This document shows positions 31,061 to 40,783 of a stretch of 64,000 nt of DNA, piece by piece. The stretch is taken from NCBI GenBank assembly GCA_039803205.1, contig JBDRYB010000005.1:1-64000 (forward strand), in the 5' to 3' direction. Below the pieces are notes generated by a model. It was not told the DNA's origin, did not search any database, and was given only the letters and a program-made list of their open reading frames with translations. Positions within the stretch are counted from its first letter, which is position 1. Each line of letters begins with the position of its first letter. Both the position numbers and the translations under genes were made by a program. Source of the DNA: a candidate division WOR-3 bacterium. GTDB taxonomy: Bacteria; Hydrothermota; Hydrothermia; JBDRYB01.

Positions 31061-32665
31061 CTAGCGTCCTTTGAAGACGAGGCTCGCGGCCAGGGCCCTC
31101 GGGGGTCCGGGGTGGCCTGGAACCGGTTCGTAGGACTGGTTGAGGAGGTTATCCCCGAGAAGGCTCAGGGTGAAAGGCCCCCTGCTCAAGGAGACCCTGA
31201 AGGAGATCAGGCATCTCCCATCCTCCCACGAGAGGAAAAGCCAGGGCACCCCTGCCTTGATTGAGTTTGAAGGGGTTCTCAGAGCGTATTTGGATTCGCG
31301 ATCCGCCTCCGCGAGCTTTTTCTGATACCACCACCCGAAGAACAACCACCAGGTTTTCAACTCAGCCCATCCGCCGTATGCCCTGATGCCCTTCAGGTTC
31401 ACTGCCTCCCATATCCCTGAGTCGCGAACCCAATCTATGAGGTTCTCGTATTCAGCCACGAAAGCGCCGAGGTCTATACACCGCCAACCAAGAGCGATTT
31501 CGCCCCTTTTGGTTCTCTCCGGCAGGAGCCCGGGATTTCCCTTGTTCCCGGGGTCTTGGTAATACATCTCCGTCGCGGAGGGAAACCGCGTGGCGAGAGA
31601 ACCGGATATACGGCCCTTTAACTCGCCCTCCGAACACGAGATCCCACCGTTCAAGCTCGGGGCAAACCCGGGGCCATACTGCCAGTCCCCTCTAGCACCG
31701 AGAGCGAGAACCAGGGGGCCAGAACCGATGCCTGTCTGACAGACGAGCGCCCCAGAAGGAGCCTGGTGATACCCGAGCCTGTCAGATCTCAGCTCCCACC
31801 AGGACGCCTCTAAACCTATGGTTGATGGCCCTATGGCTTTGTTCCACGAGCATGAGGCTGATGTCTTTACATGATTGTTCTCGTAGAACGAGGGATCGTG
31901 CTCAAGGAGAAGGAACCTGTCCGTGTGCCTCCTCATCCCGAATCTGATTCCCTCCCAATTAATGGTTATAAGCCCAGAAGATGTCCACTCCCTTGATGGA
32001 TAAGGAGCGTAGAAATTCCACGCCCCAAACCCCTTCCAGGAATAGCCAGCAAAAACGCTTGCGGTTCCAATTCTTGCCTTCTGGAACCCTCTCAGCGTTC
32101 TGTAGTCAGAGCCTTTCTGGGGGCCATCGGACCGCTCGCCAGCCATGCCCACGCTCAACCATCCATTCCCAAGCTCCATGCCGGTTCCTGCTGTGCCAAA
32201 TGAGCCCACAAAGGCATCGGCCCTTGTCCCCTTTATGGGTTCAGCCGTCACGAGGTTCACGGCTCCTGATGAGGCTCCAGGCCCTGAGAGGCCAGATGCT
32301 CCCCCTCTCGCTACCTCAACGCGCTCGATCTCAGCCAATCCCAGGGGAATATCAGCGCTGTGGTGGGCTGTCTGAGGGTCATCGCACCTAAACCCATTCA
32401 CCATCAGGGAGGTCTGGGTGTAGTTTCCTGGGCCTATCCCGATATCGCACTGGACCCCAGGGAGGCCGCGGTTCCTGATCCAGAGGCCTGGTGAGAACAG
32501 GAGAGCCCTATCAAAATGCCAGGGTAACCGACTGAGCCACGAACTATCCATCGTCCAAACGGAACTCATGGCCTCTGAGAAACCAGGTAGGAGCCTTGTC
32601 CCGAGAACCATGACCGTATCAGTTGTGTATTCAGGAGGTTGAGAAAGGAGAAACCAGATCAGCAT
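31061..32665 (-). CDS. Small TonB-dependent receptor (BtuB-like)
   Basis: DTVMV TonB box-like, IERVEVARGGAS..G.GA.SGAVNLVT plug, NPGLLPE, DNLLNQSY. Confidence 0.75.
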   Translation of the reverse strand: MLIWFLLSQPPEYTTDTVMVLGTRLLPGFSEAMSSVWTMDSSWLSRLPWHFDRALLFSPGLWIRNRGLPGVQCDIGIGPGNYTQTSLMVNGFRCDDPQTAHHSADIPLGLAEIERVEVARGGASGLSGPGASSGAVNLVTAEPIKGTRADAFVGSFGTAGTGMELGNGWLSVGMAGERSDGPQKGSDYRTLRGFQKARIGTASVFAGYSWKGFGAWNFYAPYPSREWTSSGLITINWEGIRFGMRRHTDRFLLLEHDPSFYENNHVKTSASCSWNKAIGPSTIGLEASWWELRSDRLGYHQAPSGALVCQTGIGSGPLVLALGARGDWQYGPGFAPSLNGGISCSEGELKGRISGSLATRFPSATEMYYQDPGNKGNPGLLPERTKRGEIALGWRCIDLGAFVAEYENLIDWVRDSGIWEAVNLKGIRAYGGWAELKTWWLFFGWWYQKKLAEADRESKYALRTPSNSIKAGVPWLFLSWEDGRCLISFRVSLSRGPFTLSLLGDNLLNQSYEPVPGHPGPPRALAASLVFKGR

Positions 32666-32703
32666 GCACAAATTATAAATGGTTCCTTGTTCCTGGTTCC
32701 TGA

Positions 32704-34224
32704 TCAGCGCACAAGGGCTTTGCCAGAGAGGCTAGCGGCTGACCAGAGGTAGACTCCCGGGTCTAGAAGAAATCTGTTTTCTCCCCTTCCCAGAAACCCA
32801 GAATAAACGAGCCTGCCATCGGCCGAATATATCCTTATGCTCCCCTCCACGGACGAATTGAGGATCATTCCCCCTGGAATCGGACTGCAGGTTATTCTGG
32901 ACCGCGATGGGTTATCCTCCTCAACCCCAGGCGCGCAAACATCAGTCGCGATAACCTCTGGGTTTCCCGCAGAAGGACTTGGACTTGATGCGTCCGGGAG
33001 ACAATCTGAGCCCATAGCCTGAAGGGATACAATTGGTTGAACATCCTGGGCTCTGAGATAACGCTCCCGAGCGCATCCAGGGTATTCACCATCTCCGCGG
33101 ATCTTGACGAGGAAACAATCGCCGCTTCCGACAGCCACGCTCCATGCCCTTCCGGCGAGAGCGAAGCCCCCATCGTTCGTCCCGATCAGGGTATATGCTA
33201 TCTCGTTATCCGGTCCCCCAATGGTTTTTGCCCAAAGGATGTCCCCAGCGCTCGTGAGCTTGAGGGCCAAAAAGTCATAGTTCCCTTCGCCAAGAGCGTA
33301 TGTCCATCCAGCGATCGCGAGGCCCCCATCATCTACTTGAACTATAGAACCAGCATAATCCCTTCCCATTTCGCCATATCTCTTAGCCCACTGAAGGCTC
33401 CCTGTGCCTGATAACTTGACAATAAGGCAATCGTAGTCATCCGGGCCAAAGCTGGCCGAGTATCCGGCAACAGCAAACCCCCCGTCGCTCGTCTGGATAA
33501 CCGAACGAGCGCGGTCATCCCCAGGGCCCCCAAAAGTCCTCGCCCAGACGAGACCACCCGTGCTAGTGAGCCTCAGAACGAGAAAATCATAATCACCCGC
33601 GCCAAAGCTCTTGGTTCTTCCTGCAACAGCAAACCCCGCGTCAGAGACCTGTATGATTGACCAAGCGTGGTCATCCCCAGGCCCCCCAAAAGTCCTCGCC
33701 CACTCAAGGGTTCCCGTGCTCGTGAGCTTCATGACCATGAAATCAGCCTCCCCTGCTCCGCAGCTCCGTGTCCACCCAGCAAGGGCCAGGCCGCCATCAG
33801 AGGTTTGGATAACCGATAGGGCATACCCTCCGTCGTCCTCTGGCCCCCCAAAAGTCCTAGCCCATTCAAGGGCTCCTGTATCCGTTATCCTCAGGATCAG
33901 GAAATCAGAGCCTCCAGCACCAAAGCTGTGCGTCTCTCCTGCAACAACATAGCCACCATCAGAAGTCTGGAGAATTGACCAAGCATGGTCATCCTCAGGC
34001 CCCCCAAAAGTCCTTGCCCACTCAAGGCTCCCGTCGGATCTGAGCTTCAGGACCAGGAGATCAGCTCGGCCCGCGCCAGAGCTCAGCGTCCATCCCGCAA
34101 CCGCGAAGCCCCCGTCTGAGGTCTGGATTATCTGATAAGCCGCATCTGCGCCGAAAGGGGACCCAAAGGTCTTTGCCCATAGGGACTGGCATATCAAAAT
34201 GCCCGTTATTAAACCGCTCGCCAT
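32704..34224 (-). CDS. Secreted beta-propeller repeat protein with short CTD; paralog of the 42.5-51.9 kb genes
   Basis: About seven 52-aa repeats WA(K/R)TFGG..DD.A.S..QTSDGG..AG.T.S.GAG..D.LV.KL; tail LDPGVYLW. Confidence 0.8.
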   Translation of the reverse strand: MASGLITGILICQSLWAKTFGSPFGADAAYQIIQTSDGGFAVAGWTLSSGAGRADLLVLKLRSDGSLEWARTFGGPEDDHAWSILQTSDGGYVVAGETHSFGAGGSDFLILRITDTGALEWARTFGGPEDDGGYALSVIQTSDGGLALAGWTRSCGAGEADFMVMKLTSTGTLEWARTFGGPGDDHAWSIIQVSDAGFAVAGRTKSFGAGDYDFLVLRLTSTGGLVWARTFGGPGDDRARSVIQTSDGGFAVAGYSASFGPDDYDCLIVKLSGTGSLQWAKRYGEMGRDYAGSIVQVDDGGLAIAGWTYALGEGNYDFLALKLTSAGDILWAKTIGGPDNEIAYTLIGTNDGGFALAGRAWSVAVGSGDCFLVKIRGDGEYPGCARERYLRAQDVQPIVSLQAMGSDCLPDASSPSPSAGNPEVIATDVCAPGVEEDNPSRSRITCSPIPGGMILNSSVEGSIRIYSADGRLVYSGFLGRGENRFLLDPGVYLWSAASLSGKALVR

Positions 34225-34262
34225 GGGTTAAACATTATAACCGAGCACCCGCAAGACCCCGC

Positions 34263-34874
34263 TCAGTCCTCCCAGCTCTTTGAGAGCGAGAAGCCCCTGC
34301 CATCAGAATCCTCGTATTTGACCAAGAGGTGACTCCCAGCCTCGTCATACCACAGATAAAAGCGCTTTCCGAGCAGTATCAGATTCGTGAGCCCACGGCC
34401 CTTCATCTGAAGCTTCCATGCCGAGAAATCCCCAGCGGGGGTTGAAACCCCTTCCTTGCCAAGGCACTTTACATTCACCTCAACCATAGAGAACAGCTCC
34501 GGAACCAGAAGCGAATAATTCCTCTCTACCCCCTCTCCAAACGGAAAGCCGGCCAGAAAGAAGGCGATCGTGTGCCTGTCGGCCGCTGGTTTTGAAGCGC
34601 TTGCCTTCTTCTCGGTTCCCCACATGCGGACCTGATATCCGTCGCCTGTCCAGGTCTCCTTCGTCTTCTCCTTGCCATCCTGATACTTCTCAAGCCAAAG
34701 AAGCCGATACTTCTTGTCCATGACCGCCGTGTATTCAAGGCCTTTATCGTTCTTTGAATACATCTTGAGGCTATCCCCGTAATCGGTGACCGTGACCCAG
34801 AATGTGGCCTTGACATCCTTGTCGTAAGCAGTGTATTCAAGGTGAAGCGCGGCTGTTATGAAAAGCGTTATCAT
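34263..34874 (-). CDS. Hypothetical exported protein (DUF3108-like)
   Basis: KEGVSTPAGDFSAWKL...YLWYD motif. Confidence 0.55.
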   Translation of the reverse strand: MITLFITAALHLEYTAYDKDVKATFWVTVTDYGDSLKMYSKNDKGLEYTAVMDKKYRLLWLEKYQDGKEKTKETWTGDGYQVRMWGTEKKASASKPAADRHTIAFFLAGFPFGEGVERNYSLLVPELFSMVEVNVKCLGKEGVSTPAGDFSAWKLQMKGRGLTNLILLGKRFYLWYDEAGSHLLVKYEDSDGRGFSLSKSWED

Positions 34875-35926
34875 CTCAGGACAAAACTCCCCCTCCTTTT
34901 GCCAAAGGTATAAACATAGACCCCAGATGGAGCCGAAAGCTTTATCCGGTGCTTCCCGGGGCCGAGCCAGGATTCAAGAGCAAGCCTGCCGTTCAGGGCG
35001 TATATCCTCAAAAGCCCGCCCACGGAACCCTCTATGCTGAAGATCTTTCCGGGGATTATCACCGTCTCCTCCTCGTCTATGTTGGCAGAACCGGCCTCAT
35101 CCACCAGAAGGAATGCAAAAGCATAGTAAATCCAGTCGCAACCCGGAAGCAACTCATAGGGTATGGCACTAGCCCCTGACGGAAAAAGCCCTGATACCTC
35201 AAAGGCATCGGCATCCGAAGGGCCCCAAGGCCACCTGTTCCAAGCCCACTGACCGGTGAAAGGGTCAGAACAACTGGCGTTGCCTATGTTATCCCATGGA
35301 TTCATCCAGTTTGAAAGCCTGTGGCCCATGAGGATCGCCTGATCCCCAGCCCAGAGCTCATCTCCTCCAACCGAGAAGAAACCGAATTTCCCCCAAGGAG
35401 GGCCGGTTGCTGCGCCTATCCTGAATGTGTCACGCCAGGGAACTGTGTCCCCGTTGTAGCCCAGGCCGAGGCACCCGTAATGCAGGTCAAGCGTCCTCTT
35501 GGAGAGTCCTGGGCCTGTGAACAGGAGGATTAGGCACCAGGAAAACCCCCTCGCTCGATCGAGCTTCTGGCATGAATAGGTTCGGTTTATATCCCCGTTT
35601 ATAAGGGGGGTGACATCCGCGAACATCACATAGTTCCCGTCAGCGACAAAACTTGCCTGAGGCGAGATCAGATTGGTATCTCCGAAGCTGGTCGCGAGCC
35701 GGGTCTGGGTCATGCGGCCAGGGGGATTTGCCCAGAATCCGGATGTCCAGAAAAGCCACGCGGCCATGAGCGCGGCACCCTCCGGAACATCCTTGACTAT
35801 CCTTGAGCACCAAACCCCTGAGTCGGCTCCTGCCGCGGAGGCAGAGGCCATGACGATGTCATAGTATCCGGTAAGGGTTATCCTCTGACCCAGGTTGCCG
35901 GAAAAGGCAAGCAGAAAAACGATCAC
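34871..35926 (-). CDS. Secreted protein with short CTD (DUF3344-like, tentative)
   Basis: AAWLFW, ADVTPL, DADAFEVS; tail RIYALNGRL...SGVYVY. Confidence 0.55.
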   Translation of the reverse strand: MIVFLLAFSGNLGQRITLTGYYDIVMASASAAGADSGVWCSRIVKDVPEGAALMAAWLFWTSGFWANPPGRMTQTRLATSFGDTNLISPQASFVADGNYVMFADVTPLINGDINRTYSCQKLDRARGFSWCLILLFTGPGLSKRTLDLHYGCLGLGYNGDTVPWRDTFRIGAATGPPWGKFGFFSVGGDELWAGDQAILMGHRLSNWMNPWDNIGNASCSDPFTGQWAWNRWPWGPSDADAFEVSGLFPSGASAIPYELLPGCDWIYYAFAFLLVDEAGSANIDEEETVIIPGKIFSIEGSVGGLLRIYALNGRLALESWLGPGKHRIKLSAPSGVYVYTFGKRRGSFVLR

Positions 35927-36017
35927 GCTTTCATGTTAAAGCATATCCATGGGCATTATCAAGTTGATCGTCCCAGCAGTATGTGTTATAATTTGTCAAA
36001 ACCCGAAGGAGGTTTTT

Positions 36018-38741
36018 ATGCGTTACACAATAACTATCTGCATAGCGGTCTCAGCGCTCCTGGCCGGAAGGATAATGCCTCGGCTCAGAGAGACCATGAA
36101 GTCCACTGCCTCAGACCAGACCATCGGCGTCATAGTCCACCTGGCCGAGAAGCCGCTGAGGAACACGATGCCAGCAAGGACCCCTGAGCAGAAGCGGGAA
36201 ATAGTCGCATATCTACAGGCTTCAACAGCCAGAAGCCAAGCAGAGGTTCTCAGGGATCACCCGGGGCTATCAGCGGTTGAGCAGTTCTGGGTCTTCAACG
36301 GGTTCTACTGCGAGGCCACCCCCGCGCAGATAGAGGAGCTGGCGAGGGACCCGAGGGTTGACTACATAGTTGAGGACAAGATGCCATACAACCCCCTCAT
36401 AGAGCCCATGCCATCGGATGCCGCGCTCCCCACCCCTGAGTGGAACATAACGAAGATAAAGGCTGACTCGGTCTGGATTATTTATGGTATAACGGGCGCC
36501 GGAAGGATAATAGGAGCGATGGACACAGGGGTTGACACATCGCATCCCGCTCTGAAGTTGGGGACAACATCCAAGATGGCACCAGGCGGCTGGTATGATG
36601 CTGTCTCGGGCAACCCAAACCCATACTGGACGGGTTCTCACGGGACCCATGTGACCGGGACAGAGGTGGGAGGAGATGGCACCGGGCCTTTCACCAACGA
36701 TATCGGTGTGGCTCCAGGCGCGAAGTTCATCCACGCCTTGGTGATCGGAGGCAACTATTACTACAGGGATTTCCACAGGGGATTCCAGTGGGTCGCTTCC
36801 CTCGCTGGAACCGCGATAGAGCCTGACGCTGTCCAGAACTCCTGGGGCTGGCCAGTGAACGAGGAATCCCTTGAATACTGGGATGACATCCTCGCTTGGC
36901 GTAACCTGAACATAATTCCAACATTCTCTTACGGAAACGAGTCAACCGGCGGCCCCAGAACACCGGGCAGCTATCCAGACCTGATCTCCGTGGGCGCGAC
37001 GGACGCTAGCGATAACATAGCAGACTTTTCTTCCCTGGGTCCAGCCCCGAACTCACCTCCCTGGAACGAGCCGAAATACTGGTCTGACCCCCTCTGGAAC
37101 GCATACACATATCCCTTCTATGGCCCGTATGTCTGCGCGCCTGGGGTAAGCGTTAGGTCATGCGTTCCGGGAGGAGGATACGAGAGCTGGGATGGCACAT
37201 CCATGGCTGGCCCGCATGTTGCTGGGACAATAGCCCTCATGATGGAGGCGAACCCCAACCTTGATTATCAGACAGTCTGGAACATCCTCACATCCACTGC
37301 TGTTCACCTCGGAGGAACATATCCGAACAACACCTACGGCTGGGGAAGGATAAACGCCAAGGCGGCTGTTGAGGCAGCTATGGCAATAGAGACGGACCCG
37401 TTCGTCACCGTTTTCTCCTACGAGATAACCGATCCGGGCGGAAACAACGACTCTTGGTGGCAGAGAGGCGAGCTGGTTGGAATAATATTCACGCTTCACA
37501 ACTCGGGCGCGGATGGTAACATAACGGCGAATGTGTCAACCACAAACCCAAATATTACCGTAATAGACGGCTCAACCAGCTTTGGGAACATCCCGGCAGG
37601 AGGCTTTGCTGATAACTCAGGGGATCCGGTCTGGGTCAAGAGCGATGTGAATACCCCGTGCGGAGAGTATGTGAGGTTTGACCTCGTAGTAACCGACGGC
37701 GGCAGATACACAGACACCCTTATAGCGTATGTGAATGTGGATTATGGCCCTGGGATGATCGTGGATGTCTATAGCGTCCCGACATCGGTTTATTACAACC
37801 AGTATGTGCCTCAGTCCATAACCGCTTCCCCGACCAGCATCTACTTCACAACCCAGTCCAACAACCGGATATATGTGATAAACCCCGCCACGGGCGATAG
37901 CGTTCGCACCATCACTGGCCCAGCCACAAACCTTACCGGCATAACATACGATCGGACGAGGAACGCTCTTTGGGTCCAATCAAACGTTGGGACCATATAC
38001 CGCATTGACACCCTCGGCTCCCAGCAGGCTTCCTTCAGCTCCCCAGCATCAACGAGGGCTGATATTGCCTATGATCCGGTGGAGGATGTGCTATGGGTCA
38101 CATCCGGGACAACGGTCTACAAGGTTGACGCGGCCACGGGTTCAAACCTCGGATCAATAACATGTCCTGTTTCAGGCACGGTAAGGGGAATAGCCTACGA
38201 GCCGCGAGGTGGGACAAACGGAACCCTCATCCTCATGGTTGACAAATCATCAACGAAGTGGTTCTACGAGTTCTCAAAGACGGGGACAAAGCTGGACTCA
38301 GCCAAGATAGCCGAGGTTGAAGCAACCCCAAGGGGCATGGATTACGACCCTGTTGACAGCGTCTATTATGTGATCTACGGTTCCTCAGACTCCTGGTATT
38401 ATGCCACCAACGAGATAAGGAAGCAGGGGAGCTTCTATTGTCCTGAGGCACAGGTCTCGGCAGGTGAGACCAGCAAGCCCCTCACGCTCACTCTCAATGG
38501 CCCCTCGCCCTCTGTGACGAGGGATTACTTCATCCTGTCCCTGATCCTGCCGACTGACCAGCATGTTAGGATAACCCTTTACGACGCTACGGGTAGGGTC
38601 ATCCAATCCATTCATAACGGCAAGCTCGCATCCGGCCAGCACACCTTCAGGGTGAGAACAGATGTCCCCTCAGGGGTCTATTTCCTGAGGGCAGAGGCCG
38701 GCGGCGCCACCTTGAACAGGAAGCTGGTGATAAACAGGTAA
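36018..38741 (+). CDS. Secreted S8 subtilisin-like protease with I9-like prodomain, beta-propeller and T9SS-like CTD
   Basis: MDTGVD, HGTHVTGT, GTSMAGPHVAG triad; SD AAGGAGG before ATG 36018; CTD LYDATGR...SGVYFLR...KLVINR. Confidence 0.92.
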   Translation: MRYTITICIAVSALLAGRIMPRLRETMKSTASDQTIGVIVHLAEKPLRNTMPARTPEQKREIVAYLQASTARSQAEVLRDHPGLSAVEQFWVFNGFYCEATPAQIEELARDPRVDYIVEDKMPYNPLIEPMPSDAALPTPEWNITKIKADSVWIIYGITGAGRIIGAMDTGVDTSHPALKLGTTSKMAPGGWYDAVSGNPNPYWTGSHGTHVTGTEVGGDGTGPFTNDIGVAPGAKFIHALVIGGNYYYRDFHRGFQWVASLAGTAIEPDAVQNSWGWPVNEESLEYWDDILAWRNLNIIPTFSYGNESTGGPRTPGSYPDLISVGATDASDNIADFSSLGPAPNSPPWNEPKYWSDPLWNAYTYPFYGPYVCAPGVSVRSCVPGGGYESWDGTSMAGPHVAGTIALMMEANPNLDYQTVWNILTSTAVHLGGTYPNNTYGWGRINAKAAVEAAMAIETDPFVTVFSYEITDPGGNNDSWWQRGELVGIIFTLHNSGADGNITANVSTTNPNITVIDGSTSFGNIPAGGFADNSGDPVWVKSDVNTPCGEYVRFDLVVTDGGRYTDTLIAYVNVDYGPGMIVDVYSVPTSVYYNQYVPQSITASPTSIYFTTQSNNRIYVINPATGDSVRTITGPATNLTGITYDRTRNALWVQSNVGTIYRIDTLGSQQASFSSPASTRADIAYDPVEDVLWVTSGTTVYKVDAATGSNLGSITCPVSGTVRGIAYEPRGGTNGTLILMVDKSSTKWFYEFSKTGTKLDSAKIAEVEATPRGMDYDPVDSVYYVIYGSSDSWYYATNEIRKQGSFYCPEAQVSAGETSKPLTLTLNGPSPSVTRDYFILSLILPTDQHVRITLYDATGRVIQSIHNGKLASGQHTFRVRTDVPSGVYFLRAEAGGATLNRKLVINR

Positions 38742-38752
38742 AGAGACTTAAA

Positions 38753-38954
38753 CCCGACTTTGACAGTAGAACCCTGATCTTTGGGGTTCGCCCTCTGAGT
38801 TCCCCATAAGATCAGGGTTTGGTTTCTGAGGAGGAGCTCACAGCCACCATCTCAATAAGGGTTGAGATACTGAGATGGGGCCCATGAGCCTCAGCGACCA
38901 TGGTGCCAACTCCTGGGGCGTGATCCGCTGAGAAAATGAGGTGTCAAAGCTGGG
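38753..38954. mobile_element. MITE-like element (202 bp) with IS1634-like ends
   Basis: Left CCCGACTTTGACA and right TGTCAAAGCTGGG (11/13 inverted match); flanks TTAAA and CTAAA; no transposase ORF. Confidence 0.6.
38770..38819. terminator. Strong hairpin inside the MITE, just after the S8 protease gene
   Basis: AACCCTGATCTTTGGGG ... CCCCATAAGATCAGGGTT inverted repeat. Confidence 0.45.
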
Positions 38955-39027
38955 CTAAAGGATACTCTGTCCTGGTGAGCAAACCCAACTTGAATCCCCC
39001 CCTTCCCCTGCCCCATAATTTCCTCCG

Positions 39028-40752
39028 ATGAGAAACCTAAAGGTAAGAGAGGGAAAACCCTGGGTCACCATACCGGAGATGTTTGAGCGCAGCGCGGAGG
39101 AGTGGCCGGATAGGGTCCTTTTCCAGATGAAACGCGAGGGAGGTTGGGACAAATACACATATGCTGAGGCCCTTAGCCTCGTCCGGAGGCTCGCTGAGTT
39201 CCTGAAAACCGAGGCGGGCCTCGTAAAGGGCGATAGGTTTTCCATCGTTGGAGGGAACAGGCCAGAGTGGGGGGTTGCATACCTCGCGATAATGTGGGCA
39301 GGGGGAATCGTTGTGCCGCTTGACCCAAAGCTGATGCCCTCTGAGCGCGGATACATCCTCGGCGCGGCGGGCGTCAAGGGGGTTATAGCCACGGACCACT
39401 TTGTCGGCGAGATGTGCGAACACAGAGAGAACCTCAAGAGCCTTGAGACGGTGATCTCAATGGACAGGAATCCCAAAGTCCCTGACTACCCGACGATATG
39501 GGCGAAATACACGCGAGGAATACCCAGAGAGCGCCTCCTTTTGGATGATGTGGCAGTCATACTTTTCACATCAGGAACGACCGGCTTGCCGAAAGGTGTT
39601 GTCCTGACCCACAGGAACATAATCTCAAATGTTGACGCCATGTATCAAGCAATAGAATATGGCCCTGGGGATCTGTTCTACTCCGTTCTTCCTCTCCACC
39701 ATGTATTTGAGGCGACAGCTGGCTTTCTCGCTCCAATATACGGGGGCGTAACCATAGCATACTCCTCAAGTCTGAGGCCGGATGTGATGAGGGCCGAGCT
39801 CAGGGAGCTGAGGCCTACGGTCATGCTCGTTGTCCCCCTTATCCTTGAAAAATTCCTGCTGGGGATAAGGAGGAACCTCTCAAAATTGTCGCCGGGCAAA
39901 AGGCTCGCATTCGGGGTCTTGAGAGGAGTGTCAAGGATAACGGATATTTTCACCGGCGGTAGGACAACGAGGGCTCTCTACAAGACCGTGAGGGAGCAGA
40001 TGGGGCTTGATAGGGCGAGATACATGATCTCAGGGGGCGCGGCCTTGCCAAGGTGGGTCTCAGCCGGGCTTGAGGAGATGGGTTTCCCTATTCTTCAGGG
40101 ATATGGGCTTTCCGAGGCCTCACCCGTTGTATCAGTGAACCCACCAGATGCCCCGAGAAACGCGAGCGTTGGAATCCCAATACAGTTTTGTGAGGTCAAG
40201 ATAATGAACCCTGATGCTAACCGCGTTGGAGAGATAGCTGTGAGAGCTCCTTTTGTCATGCAAGGATACTACAAGAATCCAGAAGCAACCAGAGAGGTTA
40301 TAACCCCTGATGGTTGGCTCCTTACAGGGGATATGGGATACATTGACTCTGACGGATACATTTACATAACAGGAAGAAAGAAGGCTGTTATCGTCACTAA
40401 GGGGGGCAAGAACATATTCCCCGAGGAGATAGAGGAGAAGCTTACCCAATCTGAGATGATCTCAGAGGCTTTGGTCTTCGGAGCCAAGAACCCAAGAACC
40501 GGAGAGGAGGATGTCCAAGCGATAATCTACCCCAACATGGAGCTCATGGGCAAGATGGGACTCACGGACGAGGAAAGGATATACGAGCTCGTCAAGAAAG
40601 AGGTTGATGCCGTGAACGCCCGGCTGGCTGATTACAAGAAGATAAGGCGTTTCGCGCTCAGGTTTGAGGAGTTCCCGAAGACCACAACCGTAAAGATAAA
40701 ACGCCACCTATTCAAGAACATCTTCATAGAAAAAGGGCAGAAGGTGCTATAA
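39028..40752 (+). CDS. Long-chain fatty-acid--CoA ligase (FadD-like)
   Basis: FTSGTTGLPKGV, QGYGLSE, TGDMG, GRKK...GKNIFPEEIE. Confidence 0.9.
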   Translation: MRNLKVREGKPWVTIPEMFERSAEEWPDRVLFQMKREGGWDKYTYAEALSLVRRLAEFLKTEAGLVKGDRFSIVGGNRPEWGVAYLAIMWAGGIVVPLDPKLMPSERGYILGAAGVKGVIATDHFVGEMCEHRENLKSLETVISMDRNPKVPDYPTIWAKYTRGIPRERLLLDDVAVILFTSGTTGLPKGVVLTHRNIISNVDAMYQAIEYGPGDLFYSVLPLHHVFEATAGFLAPIYGGVTIAYSSSLRPDVMRAELRELRPTVMLVVPLILEKFLLGIRRNLSKLSPGKRLAFGVLRGVSRITDIFTGGRTTRALYKTVREQMGLDRARYMISGGAALPRWVSAGLEEMGFPILQGYGLSEASPVVSVNPPDAPRNASVGIPIQFCEVKIMNPDANRVGEIAVRAPFVMQGYYKNPEATREVITPDGWLLTGDMGYIDSDGYIYITGRKKAVIVTKGGKNIFPEEIEEKLTQSEMISEALVFGAKNPRTGEEDVQAIIYPNMELMGKMGLTDEERIYELVKKEVDAVNARLADYKKIRRFALRFEEFPKTTTVKIKRHLFKNIFIEKGQKVL

Positions 40753-40783
40753 CCCGTTCTCCTTTGGGCAAGGGTTAGCCCTC

